Shown here in pieces: positions 1 to 9,123 of a stretch of DNA of 42,277 bases; the first letter of the stretch is position 1, and each line of letters begins with the position of its first letter. The position numbers and the translations under genes were made by a program. This DNA is from Candidatus Falkowbacteria bacterium RIFOXYC2_FULL_47_12. GTDB taxonomy: Bacteria > Patescibacteriota > Patescibacteriia > Patescibacteriales > XYC2-FULL-47-12. The DNA lies in contig MFGL01000020.1 of assembly GCA_001778285.1 (NCBI GenBank), positions 36,881 through 79,157 on the forward strand, read 5' to 3'. The notes under the pieces were generated by a model. It saw only the letters and a list, made by a program, of their open reading frames with translations, did not search any database and was not told the origin of the DNA.

Positions 1-440
1 AAAATAGTCTCCAGATGCCCCAACTTCTGCTTTAGCAAATGTCCCCAGCTTGACGCCAAGGTAGCTTGAAACAGTTCATTCCGAGTTTGTTCCTCATAGT
101 CGGTATTGATTTTTATCTGAATGTAAGAAAAGACGGCCAGCACGATTGCCTTTCCAATAAACATAGCGCAAATAAAAAGCAATAAATATACCAGGTTAAA
201 ATCAACGTGCGCTATAGCAAAAGCTTTGCGAATGACGCGAGAGATGAAATCACTGCCCTGCTCGCCGCCGGTGATGAACGAAAACAGAGGAATGATGGCG
301 TTGATGCCTACGCCTTCCAAAAGACCGCCGACAAAGCCAAGCAGCGTTAAAACAACTATTTGCCAGCGGTAGCAGCCAAACGCGCGCCGGGAAAGGCTGA
401 TAATGTCATGAATTCTATTATCGGTAATGATAATTCGCAT
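1..440 (-). CDS. ABC exporter, N-terminal transmembrane domain (partial; the 3' end runs off the left edge)
   Basis: My own minus-strand translation from ATG 438-440 reads MRIIITDNRIHDIISLSRRAFGCYRWQIVVLTLLGFVGGLLEGVGINAIIP... and stays open to position 1. The N-terminus resembles MsbA-type ABC membrane domains. It is absent from the ORF track because it is truncated. Confidence 0.55.
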   Translation of the reverse strand, partial: MRIIITDNRIHDIISLSRRAFGCYRWQIVVLTLLGFVGGLLEGVGINAIIPLFSFITGGEQGSDFISRVIRKAFAIAHVDFNLVYLLLFICAMFIGKAIVLAVFSYIQIKINTDYEEQTRNELFQATLASSWGHLLKQKLGHLETI

Positions 441-452
441 AGTCTGTATTTA

Positions 453-2033
453 TTACCAAGAAGCGTCCCAATCACCGACTATATCGGTTACATCAATAAA
501 TTTATAACGGGTCTTATTGGCGGAAACGGAGTCAGAGAAATAATTCCTGTCTTCGAGCAACGGCAAATTTGTTCCGAAGTATGTATTGAAAATAACCCGA
601 AACGAATTGACCGGCGTCATGGTATCATAGAGATGGCTGTCGCCGCCATTGGGCAAATAAAGCGCGTTAAAATTACGCATCCGTTCGCTATAAAGATGAT
701 TATTGGCGGTATCTTCGCCGGCGGTTGACCAGGAGCCATGATCGCTCTGGATTATAATAATCGGCGGCGTTTTTGACTTGGCTAAAATCTGATTTACGGT
801 AACTTCCACTTTTTTATTAAGAAAAGTTACCTGATCCGCATAGCGCTGTTTTATGTCCGGCCCCCAGCCACCAATATCCTCTGGCTTGAGGCGAAAAGCG
901 GTACCAGCTACATTTTCGCCATTAGGACCGAAGATAAAAGGCGGATGGGGCGAAAGTATATGGGCAAAAACAAATTTCGGCCCAACGATTTTATTAAATT
1001 CCGGCATATTACCCAACTGGTCAAATGTGTAAAGTATCCGCTCGCGGTAATCCCCTAATATATAAGAATGAATTGGTGGGTACAAAAGTCCGACGCGCAA
1101 CAACGAACTGTTAACAATTAGCATGGTAAGTTCGTTAAATTTTCCGCCTTGTAGCTGGACATCAGCGTACGGGTTTGAACTGGTCGCTCCCCAGATTGAC
1201 CGGAAAGTAATATACTTATAACCTTGGCTGCGTAAAAACTGCCAGACCTTATTGTTTTCAATCAGTTGGGTAGTGGGTTCAAAATCTTTATCCTGGCTCG
1301 CCGGTTCATCTGCCAAATAATTTAAATACTCCATATTGAGCGATGAGGCCAATGACAGTTGGGTAAATGCAAAATTACTAGTACTTTTATCAACTAAATA
1401 AAAACCTTTACCATGAAGATAGGAAAGAAAGGCACTGTTATCATAGTTAAATAGATTTTGCAGAGTATGGAAATTAGCATAGCCATCTAAAATAATATAA
1501 TAAATATCCGGCTTGGCGGCGGCCAATTTATCAGGGGAAACTTCCGCTGTCGGCGGCAAATTGGCTGGCTGGCCATTATCATTAAAAACATGAGGCACTA
1601 CGGTTATGGCTGACGTAAGTACCAGTACCAGCGCCACCATATTTAAAAACTGCTGCAATGCTTTTAAGGGGCGGCGAGTAAAAAATATGAAAGCCGTGCC
1701 GGCTAAAAATACAACAACATATTCCGATAAAAGATAACGGGCCCGGCCAATTTCTATATTCCAAACAAAAACGCCGACTAATGCATCATAAATATAACCA
1801 TAAGACCAGAAAAGCAACAAGCAGAATGATGTCATAATTGCGGCTTTGACTGTGCTTTTGCACAAAATCCGCATTAATAGAAGAATAACGGCCGTGGCTG
1901 AAATTGTCAGGCCGAGTGGTGCAAAAATATCAGATACCTTGAGTTCCGTCGGATTTTGCGCCAAAAAAAACATGAATGGAAAAATCGCCAATAATACAGG
2001 GTGGAAAATTTTGGTTAACCGGGTAAAAATCAT
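453..2033 (-). CDS. Membrane-anchored sulfatase/LtaS-type enzyme (alkaline phosphatase superfamily)
   Basis: 526 aa. A multi-span hydrophobic N-terminus is followed by a sulfatase-like domain (IYYIILDGY, IIIIQSDHGSW). ATG 2031-2033 overlaps the upstream stop (ATGA). Confidence 0.7.
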   Translation of the reverse strand: MIFTRLTKIFHPVLLAIFPFMFFLAQNPTELKVSDIFAPLGLTISATAVILLLMRILCKSTVKAAIMTSFCLLLFWSYGYIYDALVGVFVWNIEIGRARYLLSEYVVVFLAGTAFIFFTRRPLKALQQFLNMVALVLVLTSAITVVPHVFNDNGQPANLPPTAEVSPDKLAAAKPDIYYIILDGYANFHTLQNLFNYDNSAFLSYLHGKGFYLVDKSTSNFAFTQLSLASSLNMEYLNYLADEPASQDKDFEPTTQLIENNKVWQFLRSQGYKYITFRSIWGATSSNPYADVQLQGGKFNELTMLIVNSSLLRVGLLYPPIHSYILGDYRERILYTFDQLGNMPEFNKIVGPKFVFAHILSPHPPFIFGPNGENVAGTAFRLKPEDIGGWGPDIKQRYADQVTFLNKKVEVTVNQILAKSKTPPIIIIQSDHGSWSTAGEDTANNHLYSERMRNFNALYLPNGGDSHLYDTMTPVNSFRVIFNTYFGTNLPLLEDRNYFSDSVSANKTRYKFIDVTDIVGDWDASW

Positions 2034-3415
2034 AGTCTTTGCATTAAATAAAGCGTTCGCTCGGAACCAACAATAGATTCCTGCGCCGCAATAGTAAAAT
2101 AATTTTTAAACTCCCGTTCAAACGCGTTTTTGTTGTAATCGGGAAATATATCCGGCCGAGTAACAAGCAGCTTTTGCGCTTGGGAGTCTGATTTTGGGAC
2201 AAATTCAATAATCAGCTGTCTGGCAATTTTACTAAAAAATGAGGCAATGTGGCCAAGCGGCAAATTATTGGAAATAGCCAAGTGATGTACTAGCGCCAGC
2301 GCCAGCGCGCAATCAGCCGGGCCACGCTTGATGAGAGAGTCACGCTCTTCATTGCTCCAGCCGAAATTCGGACTAGGGTTGGTGATATCAATGAGTAAGG
2401 GCAGAAGATGCTTGGTCTGGTCGTGCCGCAGACGCAGATAATTTTTTTCCACTGACGCTGGGTCATAATCAAACGAGACAGTAAGCCGACCGCTGCCACT
2501 GGCTAAACGGCTGAAAGTGCCGTCGTTGGCGCCCACATCCCAAACTTTTTTAGCTCCACTTTTCTCTAAAAATTCTGTAACCAGACGCTTCTTATGCGCA
2601 AAAGATTCATCTGAATAATTTGTAGCCGTGTAATATTCAGCCCATTCAGTGCCGGCTGGCTGCCAGCGCAAACGCCGCACCAGGGACTCTAAATTATCAA
2701 TCAAGCCCAAAAGCGAGGTCTTGCCCATTGAATAACGAGCTATGTTGGCTGATTTACCGGCAAAGTGCGCTTGGCTTTTCGCGTGCAAATGAATATGCGA
2801 AAGCAATCCGAATGAAGCGTAGGTGCGAACAGGCAAAAGCTTACTGGCTAAATTCAAAGGAATGCCGTCTATATAAATTCTAAACCACTGATTAAGACGT
2901 ATATCCACATAACTCATGATAGCCAAAGGAGCCAAAAAATGCTGGCAAAATTGGCGATAAGCGATCCAAGGCGTTCCGGGAATATATTGTTCAAACGAAA
3001 GCGTATCAATCATAATGGGTTGGCCGTCCAGAAATTGAATATTGTAGGCACTGGCATCTTTGAGTATTAAACCGTGCTCCAGTGCGCTTTTTTGAATAGA
3101 CAGCGTCAATAGAGCCGCGTCCTTTAACTGACTAAAACTCCATTCAAAAGGGTAGGAAATAAAAGGAACCATGTTTGGCTGAATGACTTTGTATGTACTG
3201 TCCTGTTGTAATGATTCTGTCAGCGGCAATTCTTTATGTTCAATCAGCCGTCCGGAGGAAACGAGTACGTTGTACAAACCAGACGTCATGAGCGCATCGT
3301 AATGTTTTTGATAAATTTTATTTACCTGGCGACGCAATTGTCCGCTTTCCTGGTCAATATACATAAATCCGCTCGGATCACGGAACGAACTGGAATGGAT
3401 GCTAAAACTACGCAT
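2030..3415 (-). CDS. Class I SAM-dependent methyltransferase with an N-terminal accessory domain (NoeA-like)
   Basis: 461 aa with SAM motif I VWDVGANDGTFS. The N-terminal FRDPSGF region resembles NoeA-type methyltransferases. ATG at 3413-3415. Confidence 0.65.
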   Translation of the reverse strand: MRSFSIHSSSFRDPSGFMYIDQESGQLRRQVNKIYQKHYDALMTSGLYNVLVSSGRLIEHKELPLTESLQQDSTYKVIQPNMVPFISYPFEWSFSQLKDAALLTLSIQKSALEHGLILKDASAYNIQFLDGQPIMIDTLSFEQYIPGTPWIAYRQFCQHFLAPLAIMSYVDIRLNQWFRIYIDGIPLNLASKLLPVRTYASFGLLSHIHLHAKSQAHFAGKSANIARYSMGKTSLLGLIDNLESLVRRLRWQPAGTEWAEYYTATNYSDESFAHKKRLVTEFLEKSGAKKVWDVGANDGTFSRLASGSGRLTVSFDYDPASVEKNYLRLRHDQTKHLLPLLIDITNPSPNFGWSNEERDSLIKRGPADCALALALVHHLAISNNLPLGHIASFFSKIARQLIIEFVPKSDSQAQKLLVTRPDIFPDYNKNAFEREFKNYFTIAAQESIVGSERTLYLMQRL

Positions 3416-3439
3416 GCAAATAGTGATAATAATAAGTAT

Positions 3440-3703
3440 CTATTTCTGCTCTAAAGACTTTTCGGATTCTTCGGCTGCCGACGGCGTTGGCGCAATTTTT
3501 GCCTTACGGCCGCGGCTCAACATTAATCGCAGGCGCTGCCAATATACCTTAACCATAAAAATGCCGCCAGCGATAAATGCAATCGCAAGCTGGATAAGAT
3601 AGCTGCCGGTACCGGCGTCCAAATACGCATAAACGTTATGAGGAACAGCCAGGGCATATACGACTATAATCAGAATAAAAACGTAAACGTTGTAACTTGC
3701 CAT
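3440..3703 (-). CDS. Small membrane protein (hypothetical)
   Basis: 87 aa with two hydrophobic segments flanking a YLDAGTGSY motif and a basic C-terminal tail. It fills an otherwise empty 330-nt gap and starts at an ATG, but I saw no clear SD. Confidence 0.45.
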   Translation of the reverse strand: MASYNVYVFILIIVVYALAVPHNVYAYLDAGTGSYLIQLAIAFIAGGIFMVKVYWQRLRLMLSRGRKAKIAPTPSAAEESEKSLEQK

Positions 3704-3747
3704 ACGAAATATATTAATAAGTAAAGGGCGGACTGTCTGCTATTATA

Positions 3748-4497
3748 TCATATTGCCGCAAAACCGTTATTGTTTCGGGTAATCATGCGCTCGGCAATGG
3801 CACGCTCATCGGGCGTGTCAATTTCCACCCACTGCGGATAGCCCAGATCTACCATGGCGACAGCGCCGCGACGGGCGGCATACGCCAAAATCGCTTCTTC
3901 CACGTGCGTCTGTTGCGGGTTGCCCTGTGCAAGAACCTCGGTAGCGCTGGCAAAAAATGCCGGTACGATTTTTTCCGGGCAGTACAATATGCTGTTGAAA
4001 TAGTACTCATAATCCGTCAGCCCCTTGGCCATAGCAACTAGATGATTGTGCTGGTCAACTTTTACCACCATATCAAGCTGTACGTCATCCGATTCGTCGT
4101 CAGTACCGAATATTTTTATCTGATCGTCAAGGTGCCCTCTGATTTTTTTAGCAATATCTGCGTGGTAAATATAGTCGCCGTCGTATGAAAGAAAGCCGCC
4201 GGTAATTTCCGGCTGCGCTTTCATTAAGCTTACCATGCGCTGCGTCGTACGGTACTCCCTGTTTTCAACCATCACGACTTTTTTATCAATGGCAATAACC
4301 GCAGCGGCCAGCTGGTCAAACAAATAACCTCCCACTACCACGATTTTTGCCGGATTCAGCGCGCGCGCAAATGCCAATGAATACTCAATAATCGGCTTGC
4401 CTGCCACCAACGTCAGGGCTTTTGGCTGATCTTTTGTTAAATCACCTAAGCGCGTACCCATACCGGCGGCTAAAATTATTACGGTTAATTCTTTCAT
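3748..4497 (-). CDS. Nucleotidyltransferase (LicC / IPCT / sugar-1-phosphate NTase-like)
   Basis: 249 aa with the N-terminal signature VIILAAGMGTRLG...PKAL of GT-A fold NTP transferases. Confidence 0.8.
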   Translation of the reverse strand: MKELTVIILAAGMGTRLGDLTKDQPKALTLVAGKPIIEYSLAFARALNPAKIVVVGGYLFDQLAAAVIAIDKKVVMVENREYRTTQRMVSLMKAQPEITGGFLSYDGDYIYHADIAKKIRGHLDDQIKIFGTDDESDDVQLDMVVKVDQHNHLVAMAKGLTDYEYYFNSILYCPEKIVPAFFASATEVLAQGNPQQTHVEEAILAYAARRGAVAMVDLGYPQWVEIDTPDERAIAERMITRNNNGFAAI

Positions 4498-4513
4498 ATT
4501 GATTACTTGATGC

Positions 4514-6382
4514 TTAGTAGCTAAGTTCTAAGGCACGGCTAATTAATTCCGGAGGACACGGAATGCCGAATTCGCCCTTGATTTTCCAAACCCTCCCTAT
4601 ATACTCTAACAATACCATTCTCATGTCAGTGGTCCGGGTTTTTTTGTTATAACGCAAAGATTCTAAAATCACATCACGTCCTATGGTCGGTGGAATCTGA
4701 TACGGTAGATTATATTTTTTAAAAATATCTTCATGCGCCTTGACCGTTTCCGGCGGCGTTACTTGCATGAGATGCGCTAACTCCGCAGAAACGCGCATAC
4801 CAATAGCAATGGCCTGGCCGTGAGTATATTGAAAGTTAGATAAAAACTCAATTGCATGGCCAACTTCATGACCGTATTGCAAAATCATCGCCCGCTGGTC
4901 TTCAAACATGTCTTCGTGCATTAACTCTATTTTTAATTTTATAGTATCGGAAATAACTCGGGTAATAAAACCAACATCCTGCAGATTACCGTCGTAACCC
5001 AGCAAATAATTAAACAGTTCTTTACTCTGGCCAACGGCGTGTTTTATAGCCTCTGCCAAACCATCACGCACCAGCGCATCCGGCATAGGAATTGCCGGGT
5101 CAATGACTACCATTAATGGCTGGTAGTAACTGCCGACTAGATTCTTGCCCTTTTGTCCGTTGATTCCTTGTTTCAAACTAACGGACACGTCCAGCATGCT
5201 CATTAATGTTGTCGGCAAGTGAATCAAGCCGATGCCGCGATATAGGGTAGATGCCAAAAAACCCGACAGATTAGCCACCACTCCCCCTCCTAAGGCAAAA
5301 ATAATTGATTGTTCGTCAATGCCCAAGGCGATGATTTTTTCGGCTAAATTATTATAAACTTCCATGCTTTTGGCTGACTCATCGGCCGGCACTACCAATT
5401 TTGTTACTTTATAACCGGCTTCTTTTAACTGCGCCTCCACGGCTTCGCCTAAAATAACATTAACGTTGGCATCGGTAATGAGAATATGATGGGAAGCGGT
5501 GCGCTCCGGCGCCATTAATCTAATCCGGGAAAGTTTACTAATGATGCCCGGCTCAAAAATAATATCGGTTGTTTGCTCCCGGCGATATCTAAAAGCAAAA
5601 GCAGGGGCGACTGATTTGAGATTTCCGACCTGGACATTAGTGTGTCGCCTCGACAAATGCTGGCTGCGCAAAAACATCTCCGCCCGCATTAATGTCACCG
5701 GAGTATTAATGTCAAACCAAGTTGTTTCCGGCATCTGGGTCAACCGAATAAAACCTCGTTTGTTTAAATGATCCAAGATTTCCGCAAATGACATTTCAGC
5801 AGACGCACCCTGCAAGACATCGGCTAATTTGGCTAAACCGGCCTTGGTAAAATAATACACGCCGGCGTTGAAAGCGTTATAATCAGGCATGTCCTCGCCT
5901 CCAAAAACAGCCTGACCGAATACGCTGGTTTTGACCGTCATACCGGCGCCGCAAAATCTGTTAGCGGCGATATTTTTGTCTATCATAACCTCAATGTCAT
6001 CTTTTTTAGTGAACCACTTGAAAGGATTGTCTTGAAAAATCAAATCGCAGGAAGTAAGAAAGCAATCGTCAGCCACCGCTTCCACAACCGCTTGCAATGA
6101 ATTGACTAAACTAAAGCCGGTGCCACGCCTGTCTATGAAAATTAATTCCGCGCTGCTCATGTTTTGCAGAACGCTTTTCACTTCAGATGCGTAATTATCA
6201 ACCGCGATATAGATTTTGGTTACCCCTGCTTCCAACAGCCTCTCAATTTGGTACATAATTAACTGTTTGCCAAACGCCAAAACTAACGGCTTAGCAACGT
6301 TAAGCTGATTCAGCCTCTGCCCCTTTCCGCCGGCTAATATCACGCCGACCGTTGTTTGATTGGAATACGATGCGCTTGACAT
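4514..6382 (-). CDS. Fusion protein: N-terminal nucleotidyltransferase + C-terminal 3-dehydroquinate-synthase-family sugar phosphate cyclase
   Basis: 622 aa. The N-terminus carries GVILAGGKGQRL. The C-terminus carries DHQS-family motifs: LGGGVVANLSGF, HLPTTLMSMLDVSVSLKQGIN, GKNLVGSYYQP, GLAEAIKHA, RAMILQYGHEVGHAIE, HGQAIAIGM and YNKK. Confidence 0.85.
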   Translation of the reverse strand: MSSASYSNQTTVGVILAGGKGQRLNQLNVAKPLVLAFGKQLIMYQIERLLEAGVTKIYIAVDNYASEVKSVLQNMSSAELIFIDRRGTGFSLVNSLQAVVEAVADDCFLTSCDLIFQDNPFKWFTKKDDIEVMIDKNIAANRFCGAGMTVKTSVFGQAVFGGEDMPDYNAFNAGVYYFTKAGLAKLADVLQGASAEMSFAEILDHLNKRGFIRLTQMPETTWFDINTPVTLMRAEMFLRSQHLSRRHTNVQVGNLKSVAPAFAFRYRREQTTDIIFEPGIISKLSRIRLMAPERTASHHILITDANVNVILGEAVEAQLKEAGYKVTKLVVPADESAKSMEVYNNLAEKIIALGIDEQSIIFALGGGVVANLSGFLASTLYRGIGLIHLPTTLMSMLDVSVSLKQGINGQKGKNLVGSYYQPLMVVIDPAIPMPDALVRDGLAEAIKHAVGQSKELFNYLLGYDGNLQDVGFITRVISDTIKLKIELMHEDMFEDQRAMILQYGHEVGHAIEFLSNFQYTHGQAIAIGMRVSAELAHLMQVTPPETVKAHEDIFKKYNLPYQIPPTIGRDVILESLRYNKKTRTTDMRMVLLEYIGRVWKIKGEFGIPCPPELISRALELSY

Positions 6383-6387
6383 AAAAA

Positions 6388-7146
6388 TTAAGATAATATT
6401 GTTTGCTCAAAACGTTTGGTTAAACCGCTGACATACAATACCTGCCGGACAAAATGGAACGAAAATATGAAACAAAATCCGGCCATGAACAGCCACACAA
6501 AAACATCCAGACGGTTAAATAATGCGCACAGCAGTAAGGGAAACACCATGCCAACCGAACTGAAAATGTTACGATTAATGAAAAAAGATAACCGTCGCCG
6601 CCAGGTCTGTCGGACTTGCGGCCGGGATGCGCCAGCTGAGGACATTGCCGGTTCCAGTCCCAAATACTGCTTTAACCCTAAAAAACGGAATTCTAAAAAC
6701 CTAATCCATAGCTTAAAAATAGTGGCGAAATAGCCGACGTAGATAATAGACGCGCCGTATCCGGCTCTACATAAGCCAATGGTTAAGGGGATGAAAAGCA
6801 AGCCGTACTGAATGTCGTGGCTGACCGGCTCCACGTACGCGCCGGCACGGGTTTTGTTGCCCTTTAAACGCGCGATTTCTCCATCGCAGGCGTCAAAAAT
6901 AATAGAGAAATAAATAAGCGCCACGCCCGCCAAATTGAACCAGTAATCGTTAAAAATAAACAAAGAAATGCCGCTGATAAAAATCAAAACGCTGATAACG
7001 GTAATCTGATTAGGCGTGAGCGGTGTTCGTGCCAAAACGCGCGTCAGGTAAATTGACCAAAAGCGCACGGTACGGCCGACGTACGTTTCGTGTCCGCCTT
7101 CCGGCGCGCTTGCCTGCAACTTTTGTCGCCACTCCCTAGTGCTCAT
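6388..7146 (-). CDS. CDP-alcohol phosphatidyltransferase family membrane protein
   Basis: Motif FDACDGEIARLKGNKTRAGAYVEPVSHD in a polytopic protein. I chose the start MSTREW (ATG 7144-7146) because of the AGGTGA SD at 7154-7159 with a 7-nt spacer. The ORF-track extension to 7251 overlaps the kinase gene. Confidence 0.85.
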   Translation of the reverse strand: MSTREWRQKLQASAPEGGHETYVGRTVRFWSIYLTRVLARTPLTPNQITVISVLIFISGISLFIFNDYWFNLAGVALIYFSIIFDACDGEIARLKGNKTRAGAYVEPVSHDIQYGLLFIPLTIGLCRAGYGASIIYVGYFATIFKLWIRFLEFRFLGLKQYLGLEPAMSSAGASRPQVRQTWRRRLSFFINRNIFSSVGMVFPLLLCALFNRLDVFVWLFMAGFCFIFSFHFVRQVLYVSGLTKRFEQTILS

Positions 7147-7153
7147 GCTGGTA

Positions 7154-8092
7154 TCACCTGTCATATGTATTAAATAATTGATAAAAATGCGACGGAGATA
7201 TTTTTTTGAAATCTTGGTACACTTGATAGAAGTTAGTGGTGATAAAATCAAAATATTTTTTTGACGTCCTTCCGTTCACGTACATGTAAAAATCCATAAA
7301 GATATGACTTAAAAAAGCAAACCCAACAACTTGGTACAGCTCACCTTGTTCACGTGGAGAAAGGGAACGATTTGCAACATACCCATTATAAACTTCCCGC
7401 GCTGTTCGTATGTTAAAGTCCTTTCCCTGCGCTCCAAACCAAACCATACTCTTTGCCAAATCAAGTAACCAGGGGCCGACATATGCATTGTCAAAGTCAA
7501 TCACGCCGCTTAAATTTCCTTTCTCAAATAATACATTACTCGGTTTAACGTCAACATGGATTGGGCCGGTTGGCAGCTTGGAGCTTACTTGATGATCTAA
7601 AATTTCTTCTTTTATTTGTAGTAACAGTGCCGGCCGCGGCGTTTTTTTTGCCAGACAAAAATTATACACTCTCTTAATTTTGACAGTTGGGAAATCGTAG
7701 AACTTTTCTCTTGCGCCAGAAAAACGAAATCCCCCGCCCTGTGCATGAAACTTGGCCAGAAACTCCCCTACCTGAAATAACTGCCGACGGTTAAAAATTT
7801 TTAAATTTCTGCCGGGAATGTACTGATAAATAATAGCGTACTTTCCGTCTATCCTAAAAATCATCTTGCCATTGTACGTCATTATATTGGGTACCGGCAA
7901 TGTCTTAATATAATCCAACAAGGCTATATCGGCTTTTATCTGTTGCAAAGGTTTACGGCGATATATTCTTAGAATAGATGTCCCATCTCGGGTGTCTACC
8001 CGGTAACTTTCATTAACCGCCCCGCCGCGGTATTTTTTTATCTTTACCGGCTGGCTGCCTGGCCACCATTTTTTTATTTCTGCTGTGTGCAT
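7154..8092 (-). CDS. APH / choline-kinase / homoserine-kinase-II fold small-molecule kinase
   Basis: Catalytic loop IHVDVKPSNVLF and metal-binding motif VIDFDNA. ATG 8090-8092 (MHTAEIKK) lies just after the upstream stop at 8095. Confidence 0.8.
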   Translation of the reverse strand: MHTAEIKKWWPGSQPVKIKKYRGGAVNESYRVDTRDGTSILRIYRRKPLQQIKADIALLDYIKTLPVPNIMTYNGKMIFRIDGKYAIIYQYIPGRNLKIFNRRQLFQVGEFLAKFHAQGGGFRFSGAREKFYDFPTVKIKRVYNFCLAKKTPRPALLLQIKEEILDHQVSSKLPTGPIHVDVKPSNVLFEKGNLSGVIDFDNAYVGPWLLDLAKSMVWFGAQGKDFNIRTAREVYNGYVANRSLSPREQGELYQVVGFAFLSHIFMDFYMYVNGRTSKKYFDFITTNFYQVYQDFKKISPSHFYQLFNTYDR

Positions 8093-8094
8093 AT

Positions 8095-9123
8095 TTATCG
8101 CTCCATTACCACCACGCTTTTTAAAACCTCCCCCGACCAACTGGCGGCAAATGCTTGTTCAATTTCAGCCAGAGGATAAATATGTTCAGGTGAAATAAAC
8201 TCCCCCGCGTTAAGCTTGCCCTGTTCAATCAAAGCGATAATATCGTCGTGCACTGAAGCCTCATCGTAGTGTTCGCCACTATAAAAAGAAAAATCACCTT
8301 TCACCAACGAGGTATTGATATGGTAGTCCAAAACATTATCCAGACCGTAAACGCCTAGCTTAACACCGCTTTTTGTTAACGGCAAAACTTTGTTCAGGGA
8401 ACTGCTATCGCCAATGGCGTCAATCACCACATCGGCACTTCCCCATCCCAACGCTTTCATTGCAGCCGGCTGGTTCACTTCCCGGTAAGACACAAAGCTG
8501 TTAGCGCCGCTCCGCCTAAAATGTTCACTGCGTTTGGGACTGCCAATAACCAATGTCTCCACACCCAAGTTGTGGCTATGTTTGACAAATGCCAAAGCGT
8601 TTGCGCCGGAACCAATAATAACAACTTTGTCTGTTGCGGCTACCTGCAGACGCTTTAAAAATGAATGCGTCTCACGCCAGGTGATAATCAGAGTACTTTC
8701 CGCCGGCGAAAAATGCGTTGGTAATACGCGCTGAACGGTATAGCGGCGCCACTCGGTCTCCGGTAAGCCATCGGCGCGCATGGCCTGCCAGTCTGTCGCC
8801 ACGCCTTTTTGCGCAAACCCGCCCCAGTGCAAATGAATGCCTGAATCTTCTGGTAGCTTATTAAAAATGCGGGTGACCAGATCGCCAATGTTTAAATTTT
8901 TTACTTTGGGGCCGCAGGCAGTCACACGGCCAATGGCTTCGTGGCCCAAAATTGTGGGAAACTGTACTTTAAAGTATGGATCGTTATGAAACAGATGCCG
9001 ATCGGTGCCGCTACATACGGAGCAGGCCAAAATATCGCACAGCACGTCATAACCCCCGACGACTGGGTCGGGAACTTCACGGACAACTATTTTTCGTGGT
9101 GTTTCTAAAACGGCGGCTTTCAT
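8095..9123 (-). CDS. Zn-dependent medium-chain dehydrogenase/reductase
   Basis: ACSVCSGTDRH and GHEAIGRV catalytic-Zn motifs plus a GSGANA Rossmann motif. There is no structural-Zn Cys loop. ATG 9121-9123 overlaps the GT4 stop (ATGA). The track start at 9132 is a TTG. Confidence 0.85.
   Translation of the reverse strand: MKAAVLETPRKIVVREVPDPVVGGYDVLCDILACSVCSGTDRHLFHNDPYFKVQFPTILGHEAIGRVTACGPKVKNLNIGDLVTRIFNKLPEDSGIHLHWGGFAQKGVATDWQAMRADGLPETEWRRYTVQRVLPTHFSPAESTLIITWRETHSFLKRLQVAATDKVVIIGSGANALAFVKHSHNLGVETLVIGSPKRSEHFRRSGANSFVSYREVNQPAAMKALGWGSADVVIDAIGDSSSLNKVLPLTKSGVKLGVYGLDNVLDYHINTSLVKGDFSFYSGEHYDEASVHDDIIALIEQGKLNAGEFISPEHIYPLAEIEQAFAASWSGEVLKSVVVMER

Noticed and set aside
360-728. 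Plus-strand ORF of 122 aa overlapping the ABC exporter and sulfatase genes.
   Set aside because: It lies antisense to two well-supported minus-strand genes and has no recognisable motif. The same applies to essentially all other plus-strand ORFs in the track except 24016-24891.
4514-6382. Reading the DHQS-like domain as the housekeeping aroB of the shikimate pathway.
   Set aside because: It is fused to a nucleotidyltransferase and embedded in a glycan/phospho-alcohol cluster, with no other aro genes in 42 kb. This still needs a whole-genome check.
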